A stretch of 64,000 nt of DNA from a virus. The notes beneath the pieces are model-generated. The model was not told the origin of the DNA, searched no databases, and worked only from the letters and a program-made list of their open reading frames with translations. The stretch lies in the IMG/VR virus record IMGVR_UViG_3300025769_000069. One strand, written 5' to 3'. Shown piece after piece: positions 29,863-39,068 of the stretch. The number at the start of each line of letters is the position of its first letter. Position 1 is the stretch's first letter. The position numbers were made by a program, and so were the translations under genes.

Positions 29863-31229
29863 ATATTAATATTGAACAAACAGTCTTGCGCAATGTTCTT
29901 ACAAATGAGAAATATATGCGCAAGGTTTTACCATTTGTAAAACCAGAATATTTTGAAGGTGTTTATCGACAACTATTTAAAGAAGTAGCTAAATATGTTG
30001 CAAAATATAATCGCTTGCCAACAATGGAATCATTTAAGATTGAAGTAGATCAATCAGATAAATTCAATGACGAACAATACCAGCATGCCGTAGAAATTAT
30101 TCCAAATGTATTTACTCATGAAAAAGTAGATGACAAGTGGCTTATAGATACTACTGAGAAATGGTGCCAAGATCGTGCTGTTTATAATGCAATCATGGAA
30201 TCCATTAGTATTATTGATGGTAAACATCAGAGCTTAACTAAGAATGCTTTACCAGATATTCTTACCAAAGCTTTGGCGGTATCCTTTGACACTAACATTG
30301 GCCATGATTATATTGAAAACGCTGATAGTCGATATGAGTTTTATCATGAAAAAGAAGAACGTCTTCCATTCGATTTAGAATATTTTAATAAAATTACAAA
30401 GGGTGGTCTTCCTAATAAAACACTGAATATTGCTCTTGCTGGCACTGGTGTTGGTAAATCTCTCTTTATGTGTCATGTAGCTGCAGCAGCATTAACTCAA
30501 GGTAAGAACGTACTTTATATTACATTAGAAATGAGTGAAGAGCGTATCGCTGAACGCATAGATGCCAATCTTTTAGATGTGCCAATAGATCAATTAGAAT
30601 CATTATCAAAAGAAATGCTGTTGAATAAAGTTTCTACTATTGCTGCTCGTACTAATGGGAAATTAATTATAAAAGAATATCCAACTGGCCAAGCACATGC
30701 TAATCATTTCAGAGGCTTATTAAATGAGCTCAAGTTAAAAAAGAATTTTGTTCCAGAGATTATTTTTATTGACTATTTAAATATTTCTGCATCAGCAAGA
30801 ATGAAAGGTATGGGAGGTGCTATTAACTCTTATTCTTATATTAAAGCGATTGCTGAAGAAATTCGTGGTTTGGCTGTGGAATTTAATGTGCCAATTATGT
30901 CAGCTACTCAAACAACTCGTTCTGGATATTCTAATTCAGATGTTGGTTTGGAAGATACTTCAGAATCATTTGGCTTACCGGCAACCGCTGATTTAATGTT
31001 TGCTTTAATTTCTAATGACGAGCTAGCTGCGAATGGCCAAATTATGGTAAAGCAATTAAAGAATAGATACAACGATCCAAATATAAATAAACGATTTGTT
31101 GTAGCTGTGGATAGATCTAAAATGAGACTATTCGATGTAGACAATCCAGATGCTGGATTAGTTGATGATACTCCGGCTTTTGATAAGTCGGAAGTAAATA
31201 AAAGATTTGAAGATTTTAAATTGGAGTAA
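29859..31229 (+). CDS. gp41: Replicative DnaB-like helicase
   Basis: AGTGVGKS, IDYLNI, SESFGLPATAD, KQLKNRY. Confidence 0.96.
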   Translation: MNINIEQTVLRNVLTNEKYMRKVLPFVKPEYFEGVYRQLFKEVAKYVAKYNRLPTMESFKIEVDQSDKFNDEQYQHAVEIIPNVFTHEKVDDKWLIDTTEKWCQDRAVYNAIMESISIIDGKHQSLTKNALPDILTKALAVSFDTNIGHDYIENADSRYEFYHEKEERLPFDLEYFNKITKGGLPNKTLNIALAGTGVGKSLFMCHVAAAALTQGKNVLYITLEMSEERIAERIDANLLDVPIDQLESLSKEMLLNKVSTIAARTNGKLIIKEYPTGQAHANHFRGLLNELKLKKNFVPEIIFIDYLNISASARMKGMGGAINSYSYIKAIAEEIRGLAVEFNVPIMSATQTTRSGYSNSDVGLEDTSESFGLPATADLMFALISNDELAANGQIMVKQLKNRYNDPNINKRFVVAVDRSKMRLFDVDNPDAGLVDDTPAFDKSEVNKRFEDFKLE

Positions 31230-31232
31230 ATT

Positions 31233-31349
31233 ATGGCTAAAGGTTTTACTAATGCAAAGAAGACGTCCATTGGTCGTCGTAATATCAAAACATCATCTAT
31301 GAACAAAGGTAAAAAACGTTCATTTAAAAAATATCGAGGTCAAGGTTAA
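31233..31349 (+). CDS. 38-aa basic peptide (not in ORF track)
   Basis: SD GGAG; MAKGFTNAKKTSIGRRNIKTSSMNKGKKRSFKKYRGQG; coupled to thyX. Confidence 0.65.
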   Translation: MAKGFTNAKKTSIGRRNIKTSSMNKGKKRSFKKYRGQG

Positions 31350-32029
31350 TGCATGCAAAGCTCATTTCCTATAGCCAACCCGGCGGTCGTATCCACGCAG
31401 GCGAACCAGCTTACAGGGGATTGGATAACATCCAAGACCTCATTGCCTATTGCGCCCGTGTCTCCAATCCATCCAACCAAGCTAACACCAAAACAACGGC
31501 AAAGTTACTTGACTATCTCATCAAGCACAAACACTGGTCACCATTCGAAATGGCAAGCGCCTGCATCGAAGTCGAAACCACCAGAGACATTGCAAGACAA
31601 CTCCTCCGCCACCGTTCCTTTAGTTTCCAAGAGTTTTCTCAGCGGTATGCTGACATCCGCGATCTTAATGATAATTTTGTAATTCGTGATGCACGTCTTC
31701 AAGACACTAAGAATCGACAAAATAGTATTGATACTACAGACGTTGAATTGCAACAACAATGGGAAGGTTATCAAAAAGGAGTTATCAATGCAGCAAAACA
31801 AGCATATGAATGGGCAATCGAAAATGGAATTGCCAAAGAACAAGCAAGAGTCGTTCTTCCAGAAGGTAACACGGTATCTCGTCTCTATGTTAATGGTACT
31901 ATTCGCTCCTGGATACATTATGTCGAGCTACGTTCGGCAAATGGAACCCAAAAAGAGCATATGGAACTGGCGAGGGCGATAGCAGAAGCTATAAGTAAGA
32001 TATATCCAAAGATAAATATATTTTTATAA
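31349..32029 (+). CDS. thyX: Flavin-dependent thymidylate synthase
   Basis: HWSPFE, RHRSFSFQEFSQRY, EQARVVLP. Confidence 0.95.
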   Translation: MHAKLISYSQPGGRIHAGEPAYRGLDNIQDLIAYCARVSNPSNQANTKTTAKLLDYLIKHKHWSPFEMASACIEVETTRDIARQLLRHRSFSFQEFSQRYADIRDLNDNFVIRDARLQDTKNRQNSIDTTDVELQQQWEGYQKGVINAAKQAYEWAIENGIAKEQARVVLPEGNTVSRLYVNGTIRSWIHYVELRSANGTQKEHMELARAIAEAISKIYPKINIFL

Positions 32030-32040
32030 GGAGGAAAAAC

Positions 32041-32220
32041 ATGAAACAAAATTTTATAAATGATCCAGATAAAGCAGGTAAAGTTTCTTATAAGTTTGTA
32101 GGAGAAGCTGAGACGTTTGAGTATCACTATGCAGCAGATGATACAGAAGCTGAGCAAATTAGAGTGGAGAATGGATATGACTCTTTTTCAGTTGCAACTA
32201 TTCTTAAAACTGTAGCTTAA
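32041..32220 (+). CDS. Small hypothetical protein (59 aa)
   Basis: SD AGGAGG; MKQNFINDPDKAGK... Confidence 0.55.
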   Translation: MKQNFINDPDKAGKVSYKFVGEAETFEYHYAADDTEAEQIRVENGYDSFSVATILKTVA

Positions 32221-32223
32221 ACT

Positions 32224-32442
32224 ATGGGTAAAAAGCTTCAAACTTGGCATACTGATAATGATACTGGTTATTGTGAAATTCATTTCAGCCCCAAAGATGA
32301 AATGTTTTATATTAAATACTTTGATGAAAATAATAAATGCTTTTTTTCAGAGGATTTTCCAAATAAAAGTTTACATTATGTTGAAGATGCAGCGGAAAAC
32401 TGGTGTACAGGTATTAAAAAATTGGATATAATAAATGCATGA
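32224..32442 (+). CDS. Hypothetical protein
   Basis: KSLHYVEDAAENW. Confidence 0.6.
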   Translation: MGKKLQTWHTDNDTGYCEIHFSPKDEMFYIKYFDENNKCFFSEDFPNKSLHYVEDAAENWCTGIKKLDIINA

Positions 32443-32590
32443 ATTAGAAGTTCAATCCGATTCAGATGGACAACTATTTCTAGAATTTCCAAGTGCTCTT
32501 CTCAATCAAGTTGGTTGGGATGCCGGTGACACTCTTCTATGGGAGGAATTACCTGATGGCAATTGGAAAATAGAAAAGGATGAAGAATGA
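32435..32590 (+). CDS. AbrB/MazE-like small protein
   Basis: LEFPSALLNQVGWDAGDTLLW pattern. Confidence 0.55.
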   Translation: MHELEVQSDSDGQLFLEFPSALLNQVGWDAGDTLLWEELPDGNWKIEKDEE

Positions 32591-32635
32591 ATTATGGGTT
32601 GGTGGAAACAAAAAGATTTAATGAGGAAAAAATAT

Positions 32636-33088
32636 ATGTCTGAGAATTGGGTTGCAGATATCAACAAAATGCACGACAAGTTTGGTGTGCATAAATGGTT
32701 TGAAGAAAACAAAGATAACAAAGATCTGATGCGTAAGTATCTGATGTTTCGTTTGTTGATGTGTCAGGAGGAGTTAAGTGAAACACTCGCTGCTTATAAT
32801 AATGGAGATGCTGAAGAAGTTGTTGATGGTCTCATTGATCTTTGCGTTTTTGCTATTGGCACTCTCGACGTATTTGGTGTTGATGCTTGGGACGCTTGGA
32901 ATCGTGTCCATAGTGCTAATATGGCAAAAGAGCCAGGAGTTAAGCCGGGACGTCCTAATCCGTTTGGGCTACCGGATCTACTGAAGCCGGGTGGTTGGAT
33001 TGGTCCAAACCACGAAGGTAATCACGGTAATCTTAATGCAGCTATTGACGATCGTCCAGAACCAAATATTGATCGTAATGCTTGGTAA
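32636..33088 (+). CDS. MazG-like / all-alpha NTP pyrophosphohydrolase
   Basis: QEELSE, EEVVDGLIDL, VHSANMAK, DLLKP. Confidence 0.8.
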   Translation: MSENWVADINKMHDKFGVHKWFEENKDNKDLMRKYLMFRLLMCQEELSETLAAYNNGDAEEVVDGLIDLCVFAIGTLDVFGVDAWDAWNRVHSANMAKEPGVKPGRPNPFGLPDLLKPGGWIGPNHEGNHGNLNAAIDDRPEPNIDRNAW

Positions 33089-33255
33089 TGGTTTGGTTTT
33101 TTGGCCCTATCCTATCCTATTTTGTACTACTTTTATATGCAGGATTAGGATTTGATTCTGGATCTGATAAAAATCTTTTGAATGAGTATCTCATAATCGC
33201 TAGCTGCTATTATCAAATCTTAATTTTTTACACAATATTCAAGAAAAAAAAGTGA
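33088..33255 (+). CDS. Small putative membrane protein
   Basis: TAATG-coupled; two hydrophobic stretches and a basic tail. Confidence 0.35.
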   Translation: MVWFFGPILSYFVLLLYAGLGFDSGSDKNLLNEYLIIASCYYQILIFYTIFKKKK

Positions 33256-33303
33256 GCTACTGCTCACTTTTTTGTTTACAATTGATATGAAATAGTGTAG
33301 TAT
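33246..33303 (+). promoter_or_regulatory. Early promoter with upstream palindrome (copy 1)
   Basis: GTGAGC-N4-GCTCAC, T6, GTTTACA-N17-TAGTAT, then AATGAAGGAGA. Confidence 0.8.
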
Positions 33304-33331
33304 GGTCTTAGGTAATGAAGGAGAATATATC

Positions 33332-33529
33332 ATGACTAAACAACAAATCTTTGACCAAACATTCGACATTGCTTGGGATTGTCCTCTTGGTGACTTCCTT
33401 AAAACACTCGAAGATTTTAACCTTACTCTAAAATCTTTCATCGCTGAAGGTCCTGGTGGTGGAAATCCCACTATTACTCTTTCCGGTACACCAACTAACC
33501 TTTCACTCTTTGAATTCCACATCGGATAA
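33332..33529 (+). CDS. Early hypothetical protein
   Basis: SD AAGGAG; EGPGGGNP. Confidence 0.65.
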   Translation: MTKQQIFDQTFDIAWDCPLGDFLKTLEDFNLTLKSFIAEGPGGGNPTITLSGTPTNLSLFEFHIG

Positions 33530-33540
33530 GGATTTATATC

Positions 33541-33822
33541 ATGGCTTATGTTACTTACAAAAATCGCTCATCATCAGACTATCGTTTTACTTGTAAATCT
33601 CTTGATGATCCTGAGATTGCAAATCTTAAAGAAATACTTGTCAACCGCAACAGTTTCATTAAACATGCCCGCAAACAAATGGGTATGATGAGTTTTTACG
33701 GTCAACAAAAAACACAAGGCCTTCGTATCCGTCCTCGTGGCCCTCGTCCGTCTCAGTGGGCAAAAGATACACCTTGGGAAAATGCAACTCATTATGATGT
33801 TTACATACGGGAGTATATGTGA
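33541..33822 (+). CDS. Early hypothetical protein
   Basis: RIRPRGPR, ATHYDVY. Confidence 0.65.
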   Translation: MAYVTYKNRSSSDYRFTCKSLDDPEIANLKEILVNRNSFIKHARKQMGMMSFYGQQKTQGLRIRPRGPRPSQWAKDTPWENATHYDVYIREYM

Positions 33823-33852
33823 TAGAATACTATTATCCACAACAATTGAGGT

Positions 33853-34206
33853 ATGATTATGCGTGAATCGCTAAAAGTATTACAAGAATGTGCTGAACTC
33901 CAGCAACAAAAATCGCGTGACTATCAAAATGATAAATCACGTATTGTTCAAGCTGATTACTATCCACGTGGTGTAGCTTCAATTATGGATATTATCCATG
34001 CTAAAACTCTTCGACTTTGGTCAGTACTTGAAGCTATGGAAAATGATCCTGAATATAAACCAAACTTTGAGTCTATGGAAGACTCATTCAAAGATCTAAT
34101 CAACTATTCTAGTTTTGGCGTAGCATTCTGTCGTGGTAAAATTCCAGGTCAACGTACTGATCGTGACTTTCTAAATCGTGAGATCCGTAATAATGAAACT
34201 GAATAA
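33853..34206 (+). CDS. Nucleotide-modification-associated helical protein (DUF1599-like)
   Basis: KSRDY, K..RL, EDSFKDLINY; adjacent to the hydroxymethylase. Confidence 0.65.
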   Translation: MIMRESLKVLQECAELQQQKSRDYQNDKSRIVQADYYPRGVASIMDIIHAKTLRLWSVLEAMENDPEYKPNFESMEDSFKDLINYSSFGVAFCRGKIPGQRTDRDFLNREIRNNETE

Positions 34207-34888
34207 TGTAAACGATATCCGCCAATTCTTTATTGATGAACTTAAAGATGAAGCTTACACCATTGATAAAACTGGTCAAAAGACTATTGAATTAATTGGT
34301 GCTCAGTTTGTTGCAGATGAACCATCAATATTTGGTGTACCTAACCAAGAATACATTGATGCTGAACTGGCTTGGTATGAAAGCCAATCAACTAACATTT
34401 ATGATATTAATGGTAAAATAAAAGCACCACCTGCTGCATGGAAATATACAGCTAATACTCATGGTGAAATCAATTCTAATTATGGCCATTTGATTTTTTC
34501 TGATAAGTATTACAATCAGTACGGTATGGTTCTAGATGAGCTACAGACTCATCCAGATGGCCGTAGAGCCACTATAGTATACAATAGGCCGTCTATTTGG
34601 ATAGAATTTTGTGAAAATGGCAAGAATGACTTTATTTGCACAAATGCAGTAACTTATTATATTCGAGATAATTTATTACATTCCGTAGTCCAAATGCGTT
34701 CCAATGATGTCATCTATGGATACAAGAACGATTTTGCGTGGCAGCTTTATGTAATGAAAAAATTAGTAAGTGATTTTAATAGTATCGCTAGAATGACCGG
34801 CGATCATGCTGAAATAGAACTTGGCCATATCATCTGGCAAGTTCAAAACTTACACGTATATGAAAGGCATTTTCACCTTGTCAAATAA
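34193..34888 (+). CDS. gp42: dCMP hydroxymethylase (thymidylate synthase fold)
   Basis: DFICTN, MRSNDVIYGYKNDFAW closely matches T4 gp42 MRSNDVVFGFRNDYAW, including the dCMP-specifying Asp; NLHVY. Confidence 0.85.
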   Translation: MKLNNVNDIRQFFIDELKDEAYTIDKTGQKTIELIGAQFVADEPSIFGVPNQEYIDAELAWYESQSTNIYDINGKIKAPPAAWKYTANTHGEINSNYGHLIFSDKYYNQYGMVLDELQTHPDGRRATIVYNRPSIWIEFCENGKNDFICTNAVTYYIRDNLLHSVVQMRSNDVIYGYKNDFAWQLYVMKKLVSDFNSIARMTGDHAEIELGHIIWQVQNLHVYERHFHLVK

Positions 34889-35339
34889 ATGGGATAAACG
34901 TTATCTTAACCTTGCTAGAGAAATCAGCACGTGGTCTAAAGATCCATCATCTAAAATTGGAGCTGTAGCAATTGGCTCCAAAGGTCAAGTACTCGCTCAA
35001 GGATATAATGGTTTGCCTCGAGGCATCTTTGATGGAGAGTCTAGGCTTAGAGATAAAGAAGTAAAATATCAGTATGTTGTTCATGCTGAAATGAATTTAA
35101 TTTATAATGCTACGTATAATGGCGTCTCATTAGATGGTTCGACTTTATACGTATGGGGATTGCCGATTTGTAGTGAGTGCGCAAAAGGCGTGATCCAAGT
35201 TGGGATTTCTAGAGTAGTTATGCCAGATCATGATTTTCCAAAAAAATGGAAAAGTTCTTGGGAGATATCCCGTGTTCTATTTAACGAAGCAGGAATAAAA
35301 TATGACTTTGTTGATATGTGGTCTAAGTCCATCGAATAA
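34878..35339 (+). CDS. cd: dCMP deaminase
   Basis: WSKDPS, GYNG, HAEMN, PICSEC; start position uncertain. Confidence 0.9.
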   Translation: MSNKWDKRYLNLAREISTWSKDPSSKIGAVAIGSKGQVLAQGYNGLPRGIFDGESRLRDKEVKYQYVVHAEMNLIYNATYNGVSLDGSTLYVWGLPICSECAKGVIQVGISRVVMPDHDFPKKWKSSWEISRVLFNEAGIKYDFVDMWSKSIE

Positions 35340-35646
35340 GTTCACACCAAAATTAAATGAAGTTCCATCCTTTAAAAAACTAAACAAATGGATGGATTAT
35401 TTTGGATATAAGTACTATTCATTCACCAACATAAAACCTGATGGAAAAAATGTGTACATTGATGCAATAATAGATTATAATCTTATTATAGCATTGGGCA
35501 ATGAAGCTTCAACTATCTTGAAAAAATTTGGTATTGAACATTTTTCTTTACCACATCCATCGCCCTTAAATAGAAAACTAAATGATAATGATTATGAAAT
35601 GCAATGTTTAAAAGAGTGTAAAGAATGGCTAAGAAAAAAATTTTAG
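35302..35646 (+). CDS. Minimal uracil-DNA-glycosylase-fold protein
   Basis: GLSPS, FTN, IIALGNEA, LPHPSPLNR. Confidence 0.65.
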   Translation: MTLLICGLSPSNKFTPKLNEVPSFKKLNKWMDYFGYKYYSFTNIKPDGKNVYIDAIIDYNLIIALGNEASTILKKFGIEHFSLPHPSPLNRKLNDNDYEMQCLKECKEWLRKKF

Positions 35647-36734
35647 TAACTGGATTTAATCACGAGCAAACAAGATACGACGGTTATTTAAGAAAACGAG
35701 TTGGTGTTATTCTTTGTCACTATGGACTTGTTCGTTGTCTTGAAGATATGGACTTTGAACTTACTCAAACATACACTGAGCCAGGAACAGATATTTCTGA
35801 ATACGATCATGTGATTGTTTTTCTACATAATCCACAAGGATTTTGTCAACGCTTATTTGATGGTCTTTGGGCCCTATCTCAAAGACCAGATGCTATTGTT
35901 GCCTTTGATGACTGGCAAGTAAAAGACATATATAATGGTATCATCCAGTATGGTAAAACTTTACGTGAACGTCCTGAGTCAGCATATCGTGGTCATATTT
36001 TAGATCAGTATCATACAATTAAAGATGAGGCAAAAGTAAAATCATTCAATCAAGCATATCTCGATGCAATTGATATGTTAGAGGAAAAAAAGAATAAAGT
36101 TTTACTTTGTACGTTTAGTGGCGGTGATGTAGAAAAATTTGGATTAGACTGGAATAAAGATTTACTATATACTTTTAATCCTAATCCATATCACTTAAGC
36201 AGATCATATAAAAACAATTATGGTATTGAAGAAAGCAATGATTTAACTTCTTTCTTTGATGATTCTCCTGTTGGTCCAAATAAAGAAACAAAAGAAAAAG
36301 TTTGGATATTTAGTTCTCTAGTTCAAACAAAAACTCGTAAGTGGTTAACAAAACTAGATACGCAGTGGGATGTTAGAATTTATGGTGCGCAGCGGGGTGC
36401 TTATAAGTCTGAACGTTTAACCGAAGATAAGATGGTTCAGGAATATGAAAGTGTATGGGGTAATTTGATGCCAGCATATGATAACATTGGTTCTGGTTGG
36501 TGGAGAACTCGAGTGTTGCAGTGTGCTGAAGCATTCTGTATTACATATTGCGATTATAATGAGGGAATCATCTATGGTGAAGAATATTGTAATTTTACTC
36601 CAGCAGATCTAGAACAAATGGATAAAGAACAACTGTGGAATAAAGCGATTGCTCAGTACGAATGCTTACTAGATAATCACCCACTAAATAAAGATGTAAC
36701 AAAGAAAGAATTATTGGAGGTCCTTCATGGCTAA
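35625..36734 (+). CDS. Putative DNA glycosyltransferase (GT-B-like)
   Basis: 369 aa; DDWQ, GSGWWRTR; sits between hydroxymethylase and NDP-sugar epimerases (mostly a context call). Confidence 0.55.
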   Translation: MAKKKILVTGFNHEQTRYDGYLRKRVGVILCHYGLVRCLEDMDFELTQTYTEPGTDISEYDHVIVFLHNPQGFCQRLFDGLWALSQRPDAIVAFDDWQVKDIYNGIIQYGKTLRERPESAYRGHILDQYHTIKDEAKVKSFNQAYLDAIDMLEEKKNKVLLCTFSGGDVEKFGLDWNKDLLYTFNPNPYHLSRSYKNNYGIEESNDLTSFFDDSPVGPNKETKEKVWIFSSLVQTKTRKWLTKLDTQWDVRIYGAQRGAYKSERLTEDKMVQEYESVWGNLMPAYDNIGSGWWRTRVLQCAEAFCITYCDYNEGIIYGEEYCNFTPADLEQMDKEQLWNKAIAQYECLLDNHPLNKDVTKKELLEVLHG

Positions 36735-37683
36735 GGTGTTAATTACTGGTGGAGCTGGTTTTATTGGTTTTCATTTGGCGCAGTCAATGCAAGATGATGG
36801 ATGGGATGTAGCCTGTCTAGATGATTTTAATGGATTTTATTATGATCCGAATATGAAAGCTGATCGTTCAGAAATCCTAGCAGAACGTGGAATTAAAACA
36901 TGGGCAGTTGATATTAAAGAAAAATCAAAGCTTGTCAACGCGTTGGATGCTGAGAAACCGGATGTTGTAATGCATCTTGCTGCTCACGCCGGCGTGCGTC
37001 ACTCTCTGGACTATTCTAGACAGTATATTGACAACAATATCTATGGTACGCAAAACTTAATTGAAGCATGTGAAATTGTTGGAGTTGATAATGTAGTATA
37101 TGCTTCGACTTCATGTGTTATGGCTGGCAATCAACTACCTTGGAAAGAAGATGATCCAACAAGACATCAACTCAATCCATATGGCTATACCAAAATGACA
37201 AATGAATGTCAGATGATGGTATCAAAAATCAACAATACAATTGGTCTTCGTTTCTTTACAGTCTATGGACCTTGGGGTCGACCAGACATGGCATTGTTTA
37301 AATTCACAAAAGGTATCCTTGATGGATCAAAAATTGATGTCTTTAATTATGGTGATATGAAACGAGACTTTACGTATGTAGATGATATTGTTGCTGGGAT
37401 TAAAGTTCTGATTCAACGCACTATGGATAGTGACGGTTTAAAGGAAATCTATAATATTGGAAGAGGCGAACAAGTTCAGCTTATGGATTTCATTACTGAA
37501 ATTGAAAAGAATTTTGGTCGCAAGGCTGAGAAAAATTTGTTACCAAAACATCCAGCTGATACTCAAGAAACATGGTCAGACACAACTAAACTCCGGTCTT
37601 TAGGTTGGAAACCTACTACTTCAATCTCTGAAGGCATTGAAAAATTTGCTGAATGGTATAAGTCATATTATGGAGTAAATTGA
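36727..37683 (+). CDS. NAD-dependent epimerase (UDP-glucuronate 4-epimerase-like)
   Basis: GGAGFIG, HLAAHAGVRHS, YGYTK, FTVYGPWGRPDMA, RDFTYVDD. Confidence 0.9.
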   Translation: MAKVLITGGAGFIGFHLAQSMQDDGWDVACLDDFNGFYYDPNMKADRSEILAERGIKTWAVDIKEKSKLVNALDAEKPDVVMHLAAHAGVRHSLDYSRQYIDNNIYGTQNLIEACEIVGVDNVVYASTSCVMAGNQLPWKEDDPTRHQLNPYGYTKMTNECQMMVSKINNTIGLRFFTVYGPWGRPDMALFKFTKGILDGSKIDVFNYGDMKRDFTYVDDIVAGIKVLIQRTMDSDGLKEIYNIGRGEQVQLMDFITEIEKNFGRKAEKNLLPKHPADTQETWSDTTKLRSLGWKPTTSISEGIEKFAEWYKSYYGVN

Positions 37684-37714
37684 ATAAATAGATAAAAATA
37701 TTTAGAGGTACCTC

Positions 37715-38683
37715 ATGGCAAAAATTCTAATTACGGGCGGCGTAGGTTTTATTGGTTATCATTTAGCTCTGGCATTAAATAGTGATGGCCATCAAATTTG
37801 GCTTTTGGATAATTTTAATTTATGGGATTCTGTCAAAGGAATAAAAAGAGATAGAAAAAATTTGTTAACAGAGGTCGATGGAATTGACTTTATGCGTATG
37901 GACATTAGAAGTCAAGATGAAATTTGGCCGTGGTTCGAAGCACATCAATTTGATACCGCTGTTCACTTAGCTGGCCATGGGATGATAAGAACATCTGCAG
38001 AAGCTGGGAATAAACTTCCGTACGTTATGACTGGAATAGCAGGAGTAACTGAATTAATTGAAATGTTTGAAAGATTTGGTGTTAACAATGTTTTCTATGC
38101 ATCTACTGGTGAAGTTGGTCAGGGTAACGCTTTACCTTGGTCAGAATCCGTTCCAATTCAACCAGCATTGAATCATTATACTTTAAGTAAAATTGCAAAT
38201 GAAATGCAGTTTAATATGTCAGATATTCAAAAAACTGTTGGATTGAGACTATTTAATACATATGGTCCATATGGTAGAATTGATATGGCCCCAACTAAAT
38301 TTGCAACATGTTTACAAGACAATCTTCCTATTCAAGTGCACAACGAAGGAAATATGTCTAGAGATTGGATATATATTGATGATGCTATAAATGGTATTAA
38401 AACTATTATGAATCATACTTGGAATACTGATGGTCAAGTACGAGAAATATATAATATTGGTTCTGGAACAAAGACAAGTCTAAATGATTTTATAACTAAA
38501 TTAGAAACGGCTTATGGAGTAACAGGCACTAAAGAATTAGTGGATATGGCTTCAGGTGAAGTTCAAGATACACAAGCAGACATTACAAAATTACAAGCGC
38601 TTGGCTGGTCTCCTACTACATCATTAGATGATGGACTAACAAGTTTTGTAACGTGGTTTAAAACTTACTATGGAGTTAGTTAA
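37715..38683 (+). CDS. Second, divergent NAD-dependent epimerase paralog
   Basis: GGVGFIG, YTLSK, NTYGPYGRIDMA, RDWIYIDD. Confidence 0.85.
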   Translation: MAKILITGGVGFIGYHLALALNSDGHQIWLLDNFNLWDSVKGIKRDRKNLLTEVDGIDFMRMDIRSQDEIWPWFEAHQFDTAVHLAGHGMIRTSAEAGNKLPYVMTGIAGVTELIEMFERFGVNNVFYASTGEVGQGNALPWSESVPIQPALNHYTLSKIANEMQFNMSDIQKTVGLRLFNTYGPYGRIDMAPTKFATCLQDNLPIQVHNEGNMSRDWIYIDDAINGIKTIMNHTWNTDGQVREIYNIGSGTKTSLNDFITKLETAYGVTGTKELVDMASGEVQDTQADITKLQALGWSPTTSLDDGLTSFVTWFKTYYGVS

Positions 38684-38685
38684 AT

Positions 38686-39060
38686 ATGATAGTTGACGTT
38701 GAATTGAATTTTTTACATAAATTTTTTGATGAAGTAGAAGAATATGCGCAGATAGATCGCGACATGCTGCATTGCAAAATGTGGGACGGCGCGCCCTGGC
38801 CGTGTCAGCCTGGAGATCAAAGACTTTATCTTTTTAATCACAGAGGACATAAGTCTTTAGCACTTCAAAGTGATATTGAAATAATAGGTAAATGGTTAGA
38901 AGAAATAAATCCAAACACACTAACTTTTTTATCTTTTCCTTGGCACGAGGATAAGGAAGGGGTTGAACCTAATACATGGCCATGTATTCTTCATGTACAT
39001 TATGATAGATGCCATGAGGGTGTTGTTCCAAACCCGCACTGGAATGAACCCAACTACTAG
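38686..39060 (+). CDS. Hypothetical protein
   Basis: ORF within the modification cluster. Confidence 0.5.
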   Translation: MIVDVELNFLHKFFDEVEEYAQIDRDMLHCKMWDGAPWPCQPGDQRLYLFNHRGHKSLALQSDIEIIGKWLEEINPNTLTFLSFPWHEDKEGVEPNTWPCILHVHYDRCHEGVVPNPHWNEPNY

Positions 39061-39068
39061 TTGACAGC

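Noticed and set aside
34193-34888. Call as thymidylate synthase ThyA
   Set aside because: Has Asp at the specificity position and T4 gp42-like context; thyX already supplies dTMP.
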